Made by a program: the position numbers and the translations under genes. Below the pieces are notes generated by a model. That model worked only from the letters and a program-made list of their open reading frames with translations. It ran no database searches and was not told the origin of the DNA. This document shows, one piece after another, positions 61,178 to 64,000 of a stretch of DNA of 64,000 bases (the stretch's first letter is position 1; every line of letters starts with the position of its first letter). Source of the DNA: Elusimicrobiota bacterium. GTDB taxonomy: Bacteria; Elusimicrobiota; Elusimicrobia; UBA1565; UBA9628. The stretch covers positions 1,656 to 65,655 of the forward strand of contig JANPGH010000001.1 of NCBI GenBank assembly GCA_031423795.1, given 5' to 3'.

Positions 61178-62538
61178 TGATGTCCTCGCTTTTCGCCGTT
61201 ATGCTGGTGTCCGCAGCCTTGACTCCGGCCTCCGCCCAAAGCCAAGAGGCAGCCACCGCGAAGATCAAGGAGACCGAAGGGTTATTCCTGGACATGTCCA
61301 AGCTTAAGCTTGGCACCGTCACAACCGAGGACGACAAGAAAAAATACGTCTACACGATCCAGCTCGAGAAGGCGCGCCTGACGCGCAAGACGCTGAAAAT
61401 CGTCTACGAAAATGCGTACGAACTTTACCGTGCGGGGCAGTACGAGGAAGCCAACGAGCTCACGCGCCGCATTCTGTCGATCGATCCCGGCTATGAGGAC
61501 GCGTCGATTCTTAACCGTGCGACGTTAGATCTGAAGGGGTCCGCTGCGCCGCGAATGTCGGAACGCCGTTTGTTGGACGATCGGTTCGAAGAAGGCCTGG
61601 CCCTGTATCGTCAGGGGCGCCTCCCTGAGGCCGCCGAAAAGTGGGACGAAGTCGTCAAGTTGTCGCCGGGCAATTTAAAGGCGCGTTATTGGCTGAGGAA
61701 GGCGCGCGGAGAGATGGCCGAAGAGCACTTTCGCCGTGGACAAAAGGCGTATCGCCAGCATCGGCTGCGGGAAACCCTGGATCAATGGTATGCGGCCCTG
61801 GTCTTGAATCCTCGTTATCCAAAATTGACTCAGGCGATCGCCAAAGTCGAGGCCGAGGAGCGTGAGCAGGAAGCCAATGAGAAGTTGCAGTCGGCGCTCA
61901 ATCTTTACAGCCAGGGGTTGGTCCTTGAGTCGCTCAAAATGCTCGACCAGGTGCTTGAGGCTGGCCCCGGCAACGTGAAGGCTCAGAAACTTCAAGCCGA
62001 GATTCGCGCCGAAGTCGCCAACCAGCACGTGGCCGAAGGGCGAAGGTTGTATGAGTCTCGCCAATACGAAAAAGCGATTTCCGAATGGAAAGTTGCAGTC
62101 GATTACGGCTACGATCCGAAGGCGTCTTCCCAACTCGTCGCGCGGGCCAAGGAGCAGATGCGTCGCGAGGAAGCGGCGCGCAAACGCGCCTCCGAAATTG
62201 CCAAGGAGAAGGAAGAGGACGCCAAGAAGAGGCAAGAGGAAGAGGCTAAGCAGGCGGCTGTCGACGCCAAGAAGGCCGAGGAGGATAAAGCCAAGGCCGA
62301 GGCTGACGCGAAGGCCGCGGCGGCTTCGGGCCAAGCCCCGGCCAACCCTGGTGCCACGTCGGACACCGCCAAGCAACAGTCCAACCAGGCGTATGGCGAC
62401 GGCATGATATTCTTCCAGCAAGGTAACTACGATAAAGCCCGCGAGAAATTCCTCCAGGCCAAGCAGCTGGATCCCGGCAACGCCGACGCGGCCAGCGGTC
62501 TGGAACGCATCGAAAAACTTTACGGAGCTGGGCAGTGA
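61177..62538 (+). CDS. Secreted TPR-repeat protein with a Lys/Glu/Ala-rich insert (TadD-like role possible)
   Basis: 453 aa with a signal peptide and several TPR units. The charged insert is KEKEEDAKKRQEEEAKQAAVDAKKAEEDKAKAEADAKAAA. Confidence 0.7.
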   Translation: MMSSLFAVMLVSAALTPASAQSQEAATAKIKETEGLFLDMSKLKLGTVTTEDDKKKYVYTIQLEKARLTRKTLKIVYENAYELYRAGQYEEANELTRRILSIDPGYEDASILNRATLDLKGSAAPRMSERRLLDDRFEEGLALYRQGRLPEAAEKWDEVVKLSPGNLKARYWLRKARGEMAEEHFRRGQKAYRQHRLRETLDQWYAALVLNPRYPKLTQAIAKVEAEEREQEANEKLQSALNLYSQGLVLESLKMLDQVLEAGPGNVKAQKLQAEIRAEVANQHVAEGRRLYESRQYEKAISEWKVAVDYGYDPKASSQLVARAKEQMRREEAARKRASEIAKEKEEDAKKRQEEEAKQAAVDAKKAEEDKAKAEADAKAAAASGQAPANPGATSDTAKQQSNQAYGDGMIFFQQGNYDKAREKFLQAKQLDPGNADAASGLERIEKLYGAGQ

Positions 62539-63656
62539 AACTCTCGTACAAATGGTTTCTTTGGTTCACGGGCATCGGTATTTATGTGATGTTCTTGGGC
62601 GGGATTTTCTACTACAACCTCTTCAAGTGGACTTTCGACGAGAAGCTCAAGCAAGAGTCAATTGATATGGTGCGCCTCTACGCCCCAACATTGATCGAGG
62701 GGCTTTCGCGCAACCAAGGCGTGATCACGATGGGCGAGTTCGACACCGTGTCCCGATTTTCGAAGGACGATCGGATCGCGTCGCTTGTCTACCTTAATAA
62801 ATACGGCGAAGTCCGCTGGTTTAAGGACGCCTCGATGATCACCAAGACGTTCGAGGATTTCACCAAGCAGGTGACGCTGCCGACCGACGCCATCGAGCAG
62901 GCCTGGCTGTCGAAAACCCCGATCGTGCGCGCGGTGCCGAACATGCCCTTGTATGACATCGCAATTCCACTAGCGTTGCGCGGCGACGTGCTGGGCGTTC
63001 TCGACATGCAGGTGAGCCGCGAGGGCGTGGTCAAGGTCATCAACAAGGCGATGAACAAGTACGCCATCGGTGCGGTCGGCGTTTTGCTGCTGCTCGGCAT
63101 ACCGTTGTATTTTTTCCTGCATCATTTCGTCTTAAGCCCGATTTTAAATCTGCGCGACGCGGTCGAATCGATTTCCTTTAAGACTTTGGACCTAAGGTTC
63201 ACTCCACCCGGCGACGAAATCGGGGAACTCGCCGGCGTGCTGGGCATCTTCCTTTCCAAAGTAAAGGCCGAGATCGCCAATTCGATGGTGAAGGAAAAAC
63301 AGCGGGGCGCCGCCGAAGCACGTTGGTGGGAGTCGATCCTGCGCGCGGTCGTTTCTAAAAATCACCGCGCGATCGTGGTAGACGAGGACAACACCGTTCT
63401 CTACACGAGTTTCTCGATCACCGGAACCGGGACGAGCGACGGTAAAATGCACTTGCTCGACGTAATCGACAGCCAGCAACAGGAAGTGCTACGTTTGGTT
63501 AGCGTCGCCCTGGATAATCCCAATCAGGTAAAGGAAGCCGATACCATGTTCCGTGCCGAGCCCTGCCACGTCAAGGCCGTCCATCTGGTGGAAGATGGCG
63601 ATATCAAGCGCACGCTGATCCTCTTCGAACCGAAAGCCGTCGGCGCCCGCCGCTGA
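62535..63656 (+). CDS. Membrane sensor module (periplasmic domain, HAMP, PAS-like) without a recognisable output domain
   Basis: 373 aa with two TMs. The HAMP region is LSPILNLRDAVESISFKTLDLRFTPPGDEIGELAGVLGIF. No HisKA, HATPase, GGDEF or MCP signalling motifs were seen. GTGA overlap with the upstream gene. Confidence 0.65.
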   Translation: MKLSYKWFLWFTGIGIYVMFLGGIFYYNLFKWTFDEKLKQESIDMVRLYAPTLIEGLSRNQGVITMGEFDTVSRFSKDDRIASLVYLNKYGEVRWFKDASMITKTFEDFTKQVTLPTDAIEQAWLSKTPIVRAVPNMPLYDIAIPLALRGDVLGVLDMQVSREGVVKVINKAMNKYAIGAVGVLLLLGIPLYFFLHHFVLSPILNLRDAVESISFKTLDLRFTPPGDEIGELAGVLGIFLSKVKAEIANSMVKEKQRGAAEARWWESILRAVVSKNHRAIVVDEDNTVLYTSFSITGTGTSDGKMHLLDVIDSQQQEVLRLVSVALDNPNQVKEADTMFRAEPCHVKAVHLVEDGDIKRTLILFEPKAVGARR

Positions 63657-63660
63657 CGCC

Positions 63661-63999
63661 ATGACCGCACTTCTCACCGCCGCCGAGTGCTTCAAATGCC
63701 TTCACCCGCTGGTGTTGCGCGCGGGCCAATGCGCGGAGTGCGGACACCCGCCCATGAAGGTTCTCGACCATGCCGACGAGCTGCCGCTGCAGTTTCTCGT
63801 TTCCGTCGCGGACAGGATGGGTTTGAGTCAGCTGATCCGCGAAGCGAAACTTGGCAGCGTCCAAGTCGACTTTAATTTCAACGAACTGTCGCGCGGCAAA
63901 TTCGAGGCCCTCCTCACTCGGTTCGAACGCGCGCCCACCGCCTACAATGAGCTTGCATTGAAGATCGCGGAGCATCCGCTCGCGACGCCAAGTCCCAAT
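63661..63999 (+). CDS. Partial CDS (runs off the window): zinc-ribbon protein
   Basis: I translated this frame myself: MTALLTAAECFKCLHPLVLRAGQCAECGHPP... It has CxxC-N11-CxxC and no stop before position 64000. It is absent from the supplied ORF track. Confidence 0.45.
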   Translation, partial: MTALLTAAECFKCLHPLVLRAGQCAECGHPPMKVLDHADELPLQFLVSVADRMGLSQLIREAKLGSVQVDFNFNELSRGKFEALLTRFERAPTAYNELALKIAEHPLATPSPN

Positions 64000-64000
64000 G

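Noticed and set aside
1-64000. Search for CRISPR arrays, rRNA or tRNA genes, reverse transcriptases/retrons, integrases and prophage modules
   Set aside because: By-eye inspection of intergenic regions and ORF translations found no regularly spaced direct repeats, no cloverleaf-compatible sequences and no such protein signatures.

Overview
A 64 kb high-GC (about 60-65% by hand counts on sampled lines) chromosomal segment from a diderm bacterium that I cannot place taxonomically. No rRNA gene, tRNA gene or CRISPR array was seen. It holds about 60 supportable CDS. Housekeeping genes: nadC, lysC, uvrB, cca-like, trpS, scpA, scpB, glgA, tsaD, an S41 protease, an EnvC-like M23 protein and an Omp85-family barrel. 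Less common genes: a PTOX-like alternative oxidase, a bacterial topoisomerase VI (top6B-top6A) and three large multi-TM GT-C-like membrane proteins. Mobile elements: an IS110/IS1111-like element with subterminal inverted repeats and a long 3' non-coding arm, and an IS5/IS1182-like element with 25-bp inverted repeats. The last ~19 kb (45.3-64 kb) is a cell-surface region. It contains a PorV-like barrel fused to a coiled coil and a coiled-coil/TM/beta-propeller protein. It also contains a ~1150-aa FlgD-Ig-repeat protein with a T9SS-type C-terminal sorting domain, translationally coupled to its own PorV-like gene. The region ends in an atypical Tad/Flp-type pilus operon with a fused TadZ/CpaE-TadA/CpaF ATPase, a 249-aa mini-secretin, an extended TadB and an output-less HAMP sensor, and no prepilin peptidase in view. 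A window-wide sequence signal is that first genes of transcription units carry a -10 hexamer about 6-7 nt before the start codon, so leaderless mRNAs are predicted. Downstream genes instead use Shine-Dalgarno sites or 1-4 nt start/stop overlaps. All family assignments come from motif recognition by eye. No database search was run.
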